Below, piece after piece: positions 9,530 through 17,974 of a stretch of DNA of 32,000 nt. Both the position numbers and the translations under genes were made by a program. This stretch comes from Geobacter metallireducens GS-15 (GTDB taxonomy: Bacteria > Desulfobacterota > Desulfuromonadia > Geobacterales > Geobacteraceae): positions 3,630,001-3,662,000 of the forward strand of contig NC_007517.1 of NCBI RefSeq assembly GCF_000012925.1, given 5' to 3'. Within the stretch, counting starts at the first letter, position 1. Each line of letters begins with the position of its first letter. The notes beneath the pieces are model-generated. The model was not told the DNA's origin. It saw only the letters and a program-made list of their open reading frames with translations, and did not search any database.

Positions 9530-10486
9530 ATGGCACCGAAGCAGCTGAGAATAGGAACCCGGGCGAGCCAGCTTGCCCTCTGGCAGGCCAACTGGGTGAA
9601 GGGTGAGCTGGAAAAGCGCTACCCCGGCATGGCCGTGGAACTCGTCAAGATCAAGACCATGGGGGACAAGATCCTCGACGTCCCCCTGGCCCAGGTGGGG
9701 GGCAAGGGGCTCTTTGTCAAGGAGATTGAAGAGGCGATGCTCCGGGGCGAGATCGATATCGCGGTCCACAGCATGAAGGACGTCCCCACCGAATTCCCCG
9801 AGGGGCTCGGCCTCTACTGCATCACCGAGCGGGAGGACCCGCGCGATGCCGTCATCTCCCGGGGGGTGAAATTCGCCGACCTTCCCCAGGGGGCTCGTAT
9901 CGGCACCTCGGCCCTGCGCCGCCAGGCCCAGATCCTCAAGGTGCGCCCCGACCTCCAGATGGTGGTCATCCGCGGCAACGTGGAGACCCGCATCCGCAAG
10001 CTCACCGACGAGAACCTGGATGCGGTCATTCTGGCCGCTGCCGGCCTGAACCGCCTCGGCTTCGCCGACCAGGTCTCCGAGTACCTGCCGGTGGAGCTGT
10101 CGCTCCCGGCCATCGGCCAGGGGGCCCTCGGCATCGAGTGCCGCCTCGATGACGAAACCATCAAGGATACCATCGCCTTCTTCAACCACCCCGACACCGC
10201 CCACGCGGTCCGGGCCGAGCGGGCGCTTCTGTGGCGCTGCGAAGGCGGCTGCCAGGTCCCCATAGCCGCCCACGGCCAGGTTTCCGGCGACACCCTCACC
10301 CTCACCGGCTTCGTCGCCTCGGTGGATGGCACCCGCTCGGTGAAGGACACCATCTCCGGACCGGTGACGGAGTGCGAGAAGCTCGGCATTGCCCTGGCGG
10401 AGAAGCTCCTGGCCGACGGCGCCCACGAGATCCTCGCTGAGGTCTACCAGCGGGAAGTGGCGCGGGAGAAGGAAATCCCGGTCTAG
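9530..10486 (+). CDS. hemC: Hydroxymethylbilane synthase (porphobilinogen deaminase)
   Basis: LRIGTRASQLALWQANWV...GGKGLFVKEIEEA...AVHSMKDVPT...GTSALRRQAQ...RGNVETRIRKL...EGGCQVPIA. AGGAG SD 6 nt upstream of the ATG. Confidence 0.95.
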   Translation: MAPKQLRIGTRASQLALWQANWVKGELEKRYPGMAVELVKIKTMGDKILDVPLAQVGGKGLFVKEIEEAMLRGEIDIAVHSMKDVPTEFPEGLGLYCITEREDPRDAVISRGVKFADLPQGARIGTSALRRQAQILKVRPDLQMVVIRGNVETRIRKLTDENLDAVILAAAGLNRLGFADQVSEYLPVELSLPAIGQGALGIECRLDDETIKDTIAFFNHPDTAHAVRAERALLWRCEGGCQVPIAAHGQVSGDTLTLTGFVASVDGTRSVKDTISGPVTECEKLGIALAEKLLADGAHEILAEVYQREVAREKEIPV

Positions 10487-10495
10487 TCGCACCCC

Positions 10496-12037
10496 ATGCC
10501 CGATAAATCCCTCAAAAAACCGTTCGTCCACCTCATCGGTGCCGGCCCCGGCGACCCGGGGCTCATCACCGTCAAGGGTCGGGAGTCCCTGGGAAGAGCC
10601 GACGTGGTCATCTACGACTACCTGGCCAATGACGACCTCCTCCGCTTCGCACGGCCCGACGCCGAGCTGATCTACGCCGGCAAGATCGGCGGGCACCACA
10701 ACCGCGAGCAGTGGCAGATCAACGCGCTCCTGGTGGAAAAGGCCCTGGCGGGGAATGTGGTGGCACGACTCAAGGGGGGTGACTCCTTTGTCTTCGGCCG
10801 GGGGGGTGAGGAGTGCGAGGCCCTTGTGGCGGCGGGAATCCCCTTTGAGATCGTCCCCGGCGTCACGGCCGGGATCGGCGTCACTGCCTACGCCGGCATC
10901 CCCCTCACTCACCGGGGGGTGACCACTTCCGTCACCTTCGTCACCGGCCATGAGGGGCACGACAAGGAGGTCTCCCAGATCGACTGGGAGGGTCTCTCCC
11001 TGGGGAGCGGCACCGTAGTCTTCTACATGGGGATCAAGAACCTCCCCCAGATAACGGCAAACCTCATGGCCCACGGCAGGCCGCCGGAGACCCCGGTCGC
11101 CCTCATCCGCTGGGGGACTCGGCCCGAGCAGGAAGTACTCACCGGCACCCTGGCCGACATCGCCGAGCAGGCACGGCGGACCGGCTTCCGGGCCCCGGCC
11201 ATCACCGTGGTGGGAGAGGTGGTGCGCCTGCGGGAGAAGCTCCGCTGGTTCGACAACCGTCCCCTCTTCGGCACAAGCATCCTCGTTACCCGTGCCGCGG
11301 ACCAGGCAGGCGAGTTCGGTGCCATGCTCGGGGCACTGGGGGCCCGGGTCCTGGAGTGCCCCACCATTGCCATTGTCCCCCCCGAAAGCTGGGACAACCT
11401 CGACGCAGCCATCGCCTCTCTGGATCGGTTCCACTGGGCCGTCTTCACGTCGGTCAACGCGGTCCGTTTCTTCTTTGAGCGACTCGCCGCAGCCGGAAAG
11501 GACTCCCGCGCCCTGGGGAACTGCCGCGTCTGCGCCGTGGGGCCCAAGACGGCAGCAGCCCTGGCCCCCTTCGGCATCCGACCGGACCTCATTCCGGCCG
11601 ACTACAAGGGTGAAGGGGTGGTGGAGGTGTTCCGCTCGGAGGAGATTGCAGGGAAACGGATCATCTTCCCCAAGGGAGACCGGGCCAGGGACGTGATCCC
11701 CCAGGGCCTCGCGGAGCTGGGGGGAGAGGTGACCGCGCCGGTCGCCTACCGCAACGTGACGCCCGACTCCCTTCCCGCCGGCGTCATCGCCGAGCTGGAA
11801 GAACGGCGCATCACCTGCGTCACCTTCACCTCGTCATCCACCGTGGAGAACCTGGCCGCCATCCTCGGGGAGAACCGCTTCCTCCACCTCCTGAAGGGGG
11901 TGACGATCGCCGCCATCGGCCCAATCACCGCCAGAACCTGCCGGGAACTGGGGCTTGAGGTTCACGTGGAGCCCTCGAAGTACACCCTCGCTGCCATGAC
12001 GGACGCCCTCGTCGACTTTTTTTCACGGTCGAAGTAG
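10496..12037 (+). CDS. cobA-hemD: Bifunctional uroporphyrinogen-III C-methyltransferase / uroporphyrinogen-III synthase
   Basis: The N-terminal ~250 aa is SUMT (LIGAGPGDPGLITVKG...VARLKGGDSFVFGRGGEE...VPGVTAGIG). The C-terminal ~255 aa is HemD-like (GTSILVTRAADQAGEF...WAVFTSVNAV...ITCVTFTSSSTV). Confidence 0.9.
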   Translation: MPDKSLKKPFVHLIGAGPGDPGLITVKGRESLGRADVVIYDYLANDDLLRFARPDAELIYAGKIGGHHNREQWQINALLVEKALAGNVVARLKGGDSFVFGRGGEECEALVAAGIPFEIVPGVTAGIGVTAYAGIPLTHRGVTTSVTFVTGHEGHDKEVSQIDWEGLSLGSGTVVFYMGIKNLPQITANLMAHGRPPETPVALIRWGTRPEQEVLTGTLADIAEQARRTGFRAPAITVVGEVVRLREKLRWFDNRPLFGTSILVTRAADQAGEFGAMLGALGARVLECPTIAIVPPESWDNLDAAIASLDRFHWAVFTSVNAVRFFFERLAAAGKDSRALGNCRVCAVGPKTAAALAPFGIRPDLIPADYKGEGVVEVFRSEEIAGKRIIFPKGDRARDVIPQGLAELGGEVTAPVAYRNVTPDSLPAGVIAELEERRITCVTFTSSSTVENLAAILGENRFLHLLKGVTIAAIGPITARTCRELGLEVHVEPSKYTLAAMTDALVDFFSRSK

Positions 12038-12089
12038 ATACGCCTCTCCTTCACCCCTCGCCCCTGCAACCGGAGTGTGGAGCGCCCCG

Positions 12090-12848
12090 ATGCTCACCGA
12101 CACCCACTGCCACCTGGATGACCCGACCCTCAGCTCGCGCCTCGGCGAGGTCATGGCCGCCGCGCGACAGGCCGGGGTCGGACGGATCATCGTTCCGGGG
12201 ATCGCTCCGGGTGGATGGGAGCGGATCGCCTCCCTGGCACGGGAGCAGGAGGGAATCTTTCCCGCCTTCGGCATCTATCCCCAGACGGCGGGCCAGGCCG
12301 ACGACGGCGCCCTGGCGCGGCTCGCCACCCTCAGTGGCACAGCCGTTGCCGTGGGGGAGATCGGGCTCGACCATCTGCTTTCCACCGTTCCCCACGAAAC
12401 CCAGGAGGCGGCGTTCCGGAAGCAACTCCGGATCGCGGTGGTAGCGGGGCTTCCGGTCATCATTCATTGCCGCCGGGCCTTCGAGCCCCTTCTCCGCATC
12501 CTCAGAGAGGAAAGTGTCTCCCGGGTTGGCGGGGTCATGCACGCCTTCTCCGGTAGCGTGGAGATTGCCCGGGAATGCATCAGGCTCGGCCTCTTCATCT
12601 CCGTCGCGGGGACCGTTACCTACCGTAACGCCGTGAGACCCGTGACCGTAGCCCGGGAGATCCCCCTGGAACACCTCCTCATCGAGACCGACGCCCCCGA
12701 CATGACCCCCGAGCCTTTCCGCGGCGCACCCAACGAGCCGGCATTTCTCGCGGTGACGGCACACCGCCTGGCGGAGCTGAAGGGGGTGACGCCGGAGGAG
12801 GTGGCCCGGGCTACGAGCGAGAATGCTGTGCGGCTCTTTCGTTTATAA
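12090..12848 (+). CDS. tatD: TatD-family metal-dependent hydrolase/DNase
   Basis: MLTDTHCHLDD (HxH motif), GEIGLDH, VIIHCRRA, GVMHAFSG, LLIETDAPDM. Start set at ATG 12090; GTG 12075 would add 5 aa. Confidence 0.85.
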   Translation: MLTDTHCHLDDPTLSSRLGEVMAAARQAGVGRIIVPGIAPGGWERIASLAREQEGIFPAFGIYPQTAGQADDGALARLATLSGTAVAVGEIGLDHLLSTVPHETQEAAFRKQLRIAVVAGLPVIIHCRRAFEPLLRILREESVSRVGGVMHAFSGSVEIARECIRLGLFISVAGTVTYRNAVRPVTVAREIPLEHLLIETDAPDMTPEPFRGAPNEPAFLAVTAHRLAELKGVTPEEVARATSENAVRLFRL

Positions 12849-12867
12849 TTCTTTGCAAAATCAATGC

Positions 12868-13021
12868 AATAACACGGGGCAACGGAGCACACGGAGAAAA
12901 GCAAGATCCGATTTGTTCATCGCTATGATATTCAGGAGATTCCGGTTCAAAGGCTATAATCAGACCATAACACTTCGAACTTCTACGTCTTTCCCCGTGT
13001 GCTCCGTCTCTCCGTGTTATT
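12868..13021 (+). repeat. Hairpin element copy A (inverted-repeat arms 12868..12901 and 12989..13021, 86-87-nt AT-rich spacer)
   Basis: Left arm AATAACACGGGGCAACGGAGCACACGGAGAAAAG. Reverse complement of the right arm AATAACACGGAGAGACGGAGCACACGGGGAAAG. About 4 substitutions plus 1 indel between arms. Lies between tatD and tcdA. Confidence 0.85.
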
Positions 13022-13064
13022 CAATCAGCCGTTTTCAGGATATTTTTTGAAACGAGGTATTTCC

Positions 13065-13832
13065 ATGTCACCACTTCACCGCTTTTCCCGCACCGAGATC
13101 CTCATCGGCCCCGAGAAGCTCCAGCGGCTCCGCGAGTCGACCGTGGCCATCTTCGGCCTGGGAGGGGTCGGGAGCTTTGCTGCCGAGGCCCTCTGTCGGG
13201 CCGGGGTCGGTCGGCTCGTCCTCGTGGATTTCGACGACATCTGCCTCACCAACGTAAACCGTCAGCTCCACGCCATGGACGGCACGGTGGGGAAGGCCAA
13301 GGTGCAGGTCATGGCCGAGCGGCTCCGCCTCATCAACCCCGATGCGGACATCGTCCCCCACAAGGATTTCTACGAAGCCGGCAACAGCGACTTCCTCCTC
13401 TCGGGGGGATACAACTACGTGGTGGACGCCATCGATCACATCACGAGCAAGCTCCACCTGATCCGCAGCTGCCGGGAGCGGGAACTGCGGATCATCTCCA
13501 GCATGGGGGCCGCCAACAAGCTGGACCCCACGAAGATCCGCGTGGCCGACATCTCCAAGACAAGCGTCTGCGGCCTGGCCAGGGTGGTCCGCAAGCAGTT
13601 GCGCAGGCAAGGGATCAAGAGCGGCGTCACCGTGGTCTACTCCACCGAGGAGCCCCGGGAACAGGCCATTGCCGATGCCGGCTGCCGCTCCAACTGCATC
13701 TGCCCCAACAAGGAGGAACAGCGCTTTTCCTGTGAGCACCGCCGGAACATCCTCGGGAGCATCTCCTTCATCCCGAGCATTTTCGGGCTCACCATGGCGG
13801 GGGTCGTGGTGAACGATCTGGCGAAGGATTGA
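13065..13832 (+). CDS. tcdA: ThiF/MoeB-family E1-like protein, tRNA threonylcarbamoyladenosine dehydratase-like
   Basis: RFSRTEILIGPEKLQRLRESTVAIFGLGGVGSFAAEALCRAGVGRLVLVDFDDICLTNVNRQ is the nucleotide-binding fold of the TcdA/CsdL subgroup. Start set at ATG 13065; the track's 12999 start reads through the right arm of element A. Confidence 0.8.
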   Translation: MSPLHRFSRTEILIGPEKLQRLRESTVAIFGLGGVGSFAAEALCRAGVGRLVLVDFDDICLTNVNRQLHAMDGTVGKAKVQVMAERLRLINPDADIVPHKDFYEAGNSDFLLSGGYNYVVDAIDHITSKLHLIRSCRERELRIISSMGAANKLDPTKIRVADISKTSVCGLARVVRKQLRRQGIKSGVTVVYSTEEPREQAIADAGCRSNCICPNKEEQRFSCEHRRNILGSISFIPSIFGLTMAGVVVNDLAKD

Positions 13833-13839
13833 CACCCGG

Positions 13840-13867
13840 TTGAAGGTCAACAATTTGCCGCTATACT
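13840..13867 (+). promoter_or_regulatory. Candidate sigma70-type promoter for the diiron-protein gene
   Basis: TTGAAG (13840..13845), a 16-nt spacer, then TATACT (13862..13867), 43 nt upstream of ATG 13911, which has an AAAGGAGG SD. Hexamer match only. Confidence 0.35.
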
Positions 13868-13910
13868 TTCAACCAGACGCCATCGAATGGGATGAAAGGA
13901 GGATACCCGT

Positions 13911-14408
13911 ATGACGAGGGAGTATTCGGTTCAGGAGGCCCTGAAGCTCGCCATCAAGGGCGAAAAGGACAGCATGGACTTTTACCGCAAGGCCGCTTTG
14001 GTGACCAGGAATGAACGAGCGCAGAAGGTCTTCGATCTTCTGGCCAACGAGGAGGTGGGACACCTCAAGGCATTCTTCGACCACTACAAGGGAGGAGAAT
14101 TCGGCAGCGTGGCCGACTACATGGCACAGCCCCCGGACACCAAGAACCCCACGTACGTTGCCCTCATGAAGGCGGTCAACGAGGAGACCCCCGAGCAGCA
14201 GGCCCTCGAACTGGCCCTCAGGGAGGAGAAGTCCTGCATCGACCAGTACACGGTCCTTGCCAGGGACCTCATCGATCCCCTTGTCAGATCCATCTTCGAG
14301 CAGGTCATCAAGGAGACCGAAAAGCACCTGGCAATGATCGAAGAGGAGTACCGCCACGTCATGACCATGGTCCACGAGTCGGATCAGGACATCTACGTGC
14401 GGGAGTGA
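13911..14408 (+). CDS. Ferritin-like/rubrerythrin-type diiron four-helix-bundle protein (no rubredoxin domain)
   Basis: Two E...ExxH half-sites: IKGEKDSMDFY ... NEEVGHLKAF and LREEKSCIDQY ... KETEKHLAMIEEEY. Paralogous to 17420..17872. Confidence 0.8.
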   Translation: MTREYSVQEALKLAIKGEKDSMDFYRKAALVTRNERAQKVFDLLANEEVGHLKAFFDHYKGGEFGSVADYMAQPPDTKNPTYVALMKAVNEETPEQQALELALREEKSCIDQYTVLARDLIDPLVRSIFEQVIKETEKHLAMIEEEYRHVMTMVHESDQDIYVRE

Positions 14409-14441
14409 GGGAGAACATGGCCGCAGTGGGGGCATAAAAAA

Positions 14442-14468
14442 GGGCGGTCCGGAAAATTCCGGCCGCCC
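14442..14468. terminator. Bidirectional intrinsic terminator between convergent genes
   Basis: GGGCGGTCCGG-aaaatt-CCGGCCGCCC stem-loop, flanked by an A-run (14436..14441) and by TTTCT. On the minus strand (hppA transcript) the stem is followed by TTTTTTAT. Confidence 0.7.
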
Positions 14469-14495
14469 TTTCTGCGTCAAAAACTGCTTGTCACG

Positions 14496-16550
14496 TTACC
14501 CCAGCTTGGCGAGCAGCGGCACGATGAGGAGCGACACGATGTTGATGATCTTGATCATCGGGTTGACGGCCGGGCCGGCGGTATCCTTGTAGGGGTCGCC
14601 GACGGTGTCGCCAGTGACGGCGGCCTTGTGGGCGTCGCCACCCTTGCCGCCGTGGTAGCCGTCCTCGATGTACTTCTTGGCGTTATCCCAGGCGCCGCCG
14701 CCGGTGGTCATGGAGATGGCCACGAAGATACCGGTGACGATGGTGCCGACGATGACCCCGCCCAGGGCCTTGGGGCCGAGGGTGAAACCGATGATGATCG
14801 GAGCGGCGATGGGGATGATGCCGGGAATGACCATCTCCTTAAGCGCCGTCCTGGTCACGATGTCGACGCAGGAGGCGTAGTCCGGCTTGCCGGTCCCTTC
14901 CATGATTCCCTTGATTTCACGGAACTGGCGACGGACTTCCTCAACGACCGACCCGCCCGCCTTGCCAACCGCCTCCATGCAGAGGGCGGCGAAGTAGTAG
15001 GGGAGCATCCCGCCGAGGAACAGACCGACGATGATGTAGGGATCGGCCAGGTTGAAGTCAATAATCTTGCCGGCCAGCTTCAGCTCATCTACGTAGGAGG
15101 TGAAGAGGATGACCGCGGCAAGGCCGGCGGAGCCAATGGCGTACCCCTTGGTGACCGCCTTGGTGGTGTTCCCCACGGCGTCCAGGGGGTCGGTGACGGC
15201 GCGGACCGAGTCGTCCAGCTCGGCCATCTCGGCGATGCCACCGGCGTTGTCGGTGATGGGGCCGTAGGCGTCCATGGCGACGACGATGCCGGTCAGCGAC
15301 AGCATGGAGACGGCGGCAATGGCGATGCCGTAGACTCCGGCGCACTGGAAGGCGACGATGATGCCGGCGGCGATGACGATGACCGGCATGGCGGTGGACT
15401 TCATGGAGACGCCGAGGCCGGCGATGATGTTGGTGGCGTGGCCGGTGGTGGAGGCCTGGGCGATGTGCTTAACCGGCCCGTACTCGGTGGCGGTGTAGTA
15501 TTCGGTGATCCAGAAGATGGCACCGGTGACCACGAGGCCCACGATGGCGGAGATGAAGAGGTTGGTGGCCGAATAGGTCACCCCGGCGGCAGTGGTCAGC
15601 CCCTGGGGGAACATCTGGGCGGTCACCACATAGAAGGCGATGCAGGCCAGGACGCCGGAAGCGATGAGCCCCTTGTAGAGTGCGGGCATGATCTTCTGGT
15701 TGCCGCCCAGCTTCACGAAGAAGGTGCCGATGATGGAGGCGACGATGGAGATGCCGCCGAGGATCAGCGGATAGTTGACGGCGGCGACATTGCCGGTGAA
15801 GGCGATGGCGCCGAGGAGCATGGCGGCGATGAGGGTCACGGCGTAGGTCTCGAACAGGTCGGCGGCCATGCCGGCGCAGTCACCCACGTTGTCCCCCACG
15901 TTGTCGGCGATGACCGCCGGGTTGCGGGGGTCGTCCTCGGGGATGCCGGCCTCCACCTTACCCACCAGGTCGGCGCCCACGTCGGCACCCTTGGTGAAGA
16001 TGCCGCCGCCGAGACGGGCGAAGATGGAGATGAGCGAGCCGCCGAAGCCGAGGCCCACAAGCTGGCTGACCACCTCTTTCACCGGGGCGCCCGGCATGAC
16101 CTGCTGGAGGATGAAGTAGTAACCGGCAACACCCAGGAGCCCCAGACCCACCACCAGCATGCCGGTAATGGCGCCCCCCTTGAAGGCCACGTTGAGGGCC
16201 TTGTGGATGCCGGATTTGGCCGCTTCCGTGGTGCGGATGTTGGCGCGGACCGAAACGAACATGCCGATGAAGCCGGTCAGTCCCGAGAAGAGGGCGCCGA
16301 TGGCGAAGCCGATGGCGGTTTTCATCCCCAGGGTAGCGAACAGGGCGATGAACATGATCACCCCGACGACGGCGATGATGGTGTACTGGCGCTTCATGTA
16401 GGCGCCGGCACCCTCCTGGATGGCTGCCGCAATCTGGCGCATCCGGTCGTTGCCCTGGGGGAGCCCCAGAATCCACTGGGCCGAAACGAGGCCGTAGGCG
16501 ACGGCCGCCACGGCACAGGCCAGGGCGAAATAAACTGCATACTGTTCCAT
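14496..16550 (-). CDS. hppA: Membrane-bound proton-translocating pyrophosphatase, K+-independent type
   Basis: 684-aa polytopic protein with GGG(I/L)[52 protein letters not shown] and [13 protein letters not shown] motifs. AGGAGG SD 7 nt upstream of ATG 16550. Confidence 0.95.
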   Translation of the reverse strand: MEQYAVYFALACAVAAVAYGLVSAQWILGLPQGNDRMRQIAAAIQEGAGAYMKRQYTIIAVVGVIMFIALFATLGMKTAIGFAIGALFSGLTGFIGMFVSVRANIRTTEAAKSGIHKALNVAFKGGAITGMLVVGLGLLGVAGYYFILQQVMPGAPVKEVVSQLVGLGFGGSLISIFARLGGGIFTKGADVGADLVGKVEAGIPEDDPRNPAVIADNVGDNVGDCAGMAADLFETYAVTLIAAMLLGAIAFTGNVAAVNYPLILGGISIVASIIGTFFVKLGGNQKIMPALYKGLIASGVLACIAFYVVTAQMFPQGLTTAAGVTYSATNLFISAIVGLVVTGAIFWITEYYTATEYGPVKHIAQASTTGHATNIIAGLGVSMKSTAMPVIVIAAGIIVAFQCAGVYGIAIAAVSMLSLTGIVVAMDAYGPITDNAGGIAEMAELDDSVRAVTDPLDAVGNTTKAVTKGYAIGSAGLAAVILFTSYVDELKLAGKIIDFNLADPYIIVGLFLGGMLPYYFAALCMEAVGKAGGSVVEEVRRQFREIKGIMEGTGKPDYASCVDIVTRTALKEMVIPGIIPIAAPIIIGFTLGPKALGGVIVGTIVTGIFVAISMTTGGGAWDNAKKYIEDGYHGGKGGDAHKAAVTGDTVGDPYKDTAGPAVNPMIKIINIVSLLIVPLLAKLG

Positions 16551-16743
16551 TTACCAACCTCCTGACAAAATAGCCTGCGAAAGGCTTTGAACCTGCTCGA
16601 ACCAGACAATGCTCCAAGAGAGCAAAAAACGTAACATTGTTATAGAACGTCTGAAGTTTTGTCAATGTTAAATTACCGGATCCCGACCGTCACTCTCAAG
16701 TAGTCGAGGCGGAAACAGGACCTTCATCAACAGGGGAATCCAC

Positions 16744-16772
16744 TTGACTAGCGGCATCGATTGCAATAAAGT
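16744..16772 (+). promoter_or_regulatory. Candidate sigma70-type promoter for the Fur/PerR-like gene, overlapping an 8-bp palindrome
   Basis: TTGACT (16744..16749), a 17-nt spacer, then TAAAGT (16767..16772). The palindrome ATTGCAAT (16760..16767) overlaps the -10. The ATG at 16784 is only 11 nt downstream with no SD, so the mRNA may be near-leaderless. Confidence 0.3.
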
Positions 16773-16783
16773 ACCAACCTAGT

Positions 16784-17230
16784 ATGGATTGTCCTCTTGC
16801 ATTCAAAAAGGAAAAACTCCGCCACCTTGAAGACGGCTGCCGCCAAAACGGCCTCGCCATGACCGTCCAGCGCCGCGTCGTCCTGGACGCCCTTGCGGAG
16901 CGCACGGACCACCCATCCGCCGACCAGCTCTACGATGCGGTCCGCGGAAGGCTCCGGGGAATTTCCCGCACCACCGTCTATCGGGTTCTGGAAACCCTCG
17001 TGGGAATCGGCGTTGTCCAGAAGATCAGCAACCCCGAGTCCAAGGCCCGGTATGATGCCAATACGGTGCGCCATCACCACATCCACTGCATTCGCTGCGA
17101 AAAGATCGAGGACATGCACACCCCGGCCCTTCACCTCGCGCAGCAGGTGCCCATCGCCACGGAAAGCGGCTTTACCATCGTCGACTATTCCATCAACTTC
17201 AGCGGGATCTGCCCCGACTGTCGTTCATGA
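16784..17230 (+). CDS. Fur-family transcriptional regulator, PerR-like by context
   Basis: GLAMTVQRRVVLDAL (winged-helix start), RTTVYRVLETLV (recognition helix), HHHIHCIRCEKIED and CPDC (structural Zn Cys pairs). Located immediately upstream of rubredoxin-type, diiron and flavodiiron genes. Confidence 0.85.
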   Translation: MDCPLAFKKEKLRHLEDGCRQNGLAMTVQRRVVLDALAERTDHPSADQLYDAVRGRLRGISRTTVYRVLETLVGIGVVQKISNPESKARYDANTVRHHHIHCIRCEKIEDMHTPALHLAQQVPIATESGFTIVDYSINFSGICPDCRS

Positions 17231-17254
17231 CCCATCACGCGAAAGGAGGACAGG

Positions 17255-17365
17255 ATGAAAAAATGGAGATGCGTTGTCTGTGATTACATTCACGAGGGAC
17301 CGGAGCCGCCCGAGATCTGTCCCGTTTGCGGAGTCGGCAGGGACCAGTTCGAGGAAGTTGAATAG
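17255..17365 (+). CDS. Stand-alone 36-aa rubredoxin-type Fe(Cys)4 protein (rubrerythrin C-terminal-domain-like)
   Basis: Not in the ORF track (too short). ATG 17255 is preceded by AAAGGAGGA. Translation: [36 protein letters not shown], with two CxxC pairs spaced as in the rubredoxin-like domain of rubrerythrins. Stop TAG 17363..17365. Confidence 0.75.
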   Translation: MKKWRCVVCDYIHEGPEPPEICPVCGVGRDQFEEVE

Positions 17366-17419
17366 ATTTGTTTGTCTGCAATGAACGAGAACTCAAACCT
17401 GCCAGGGAGGGGAGACAGC

Positions 17420-17872
17420 ATGGAATTCAAGACCCTTGACGATATCATCAAATTCGCCGTTGAGCGGGAAGAAAACGCCTACCAGCTCTACAAGACCGCT
17501 GCCCAGAAGGCCACCAGCATCTCGGCCCGCAAGATGTTCGAGGAGATGGCGAACGAAGAGGCAGGCCACAAGACCGCCTTCGAAAGACTGGACATCGAGG
17601 GGGCTGAAAAGTACTCTCTCGCCGACCGCCCTGACATGAAGATCGCCGAGTACATGGTGGAGATGCCCTTCCGGGACGACATGAGCTACCCCGAAATCCT
17701 CCGCTACGCCATGAAGACTGAAGAGAATGCGTACAAACTCTATACGGCCGCGGCCGAGTTGACCGACGACCCCAAGTTCAAGCGGATGCTCTTGGTGCTC
17801 GCCGACATCGAGAAGGGGCACAAACAGAAGATAGAGGCGGTTTACGACGAACGGGTCCTTACCGAGATGTAA
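17420..17872 (+). CDS. Ferritin-like/rubrerythrin-type diiron protein (no rubredoxin domain)
   Basis: Start set at MEFKTLDDIIKFAVEREENAYQLYK with a GGGAGGGGAG SD upstream. Half-sites: EREENAYQLY ... NEEAGHKTAF and KTEENAYKLY ... DIEKGHKQKIE. Confidence 0.8.
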   Translation: MEFKTLDDIIKFAVEREENAYQLYKTAAQKATSISARKMFEEMANEEAGHKTAFERLDIEGAEKYSLADRPDMKIAEYMVEMPFRDDMSYPEILRYAMKTEENAYKLYTAAAELTDDPKFKRMLLVLADIEKGHKQKIEAVYDERVLTEM

Positions 17873-17892
17873 CTCTTCAGGCTACTGACAAC

Positions 17893-17925
17893 GGGGGCGC
17901 CGAGGCGCTCCCGCTCTCGTTTTAC
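17893..17925 (+). terminator. Weak terminator/attenuator-like hairpin between the diiron-protein and flavodiiron genes
   Basis: GGGGGCGC-cgag-GCGCTCCC (7 of 8 paired), followed after 5 nt by TCGTTTTA. The T-tract is short and displaced. Confidence 0.3.
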
Positions 17926-17974
17926 CCGCCGGAAGGCATGCCGACGGCAACCAAACACCATATAACAGGAGGAT

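Noticed and set aside
9398-11434. 678-aa antisense ORF opposite hemC/cobA-hemD. Similar long antisense or off-frame ORFs: 7190..8032-, 8487..9347-, 13068..13853-, 14628..16565+, 17882..18667-, 19226..20503-, 21160..21870-, 22107..23462-, 24354..25337-, 26251..28914- and 30490..31734-.
   Set aside because: These are typical high-GC shadow ORFs. Their translations are rich in Gly/Asp/Val/Arg/Pro with no motifs. In each case the opposite strand encodes a protein with unmistakable family signatures.
12823-13064. N-terminal ORF extensions and small ORFs that read through hairpin arms: 12823..13050+, the 12999 start of tcdA, the 20539 start of glcD, and 12620..12904-.
   Set aside because: The arm sequence is open in several frames simply because of its composition. 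Better starts with an SD lie downstream (13065, 20590). The extensions are not part of the conserved protein families.
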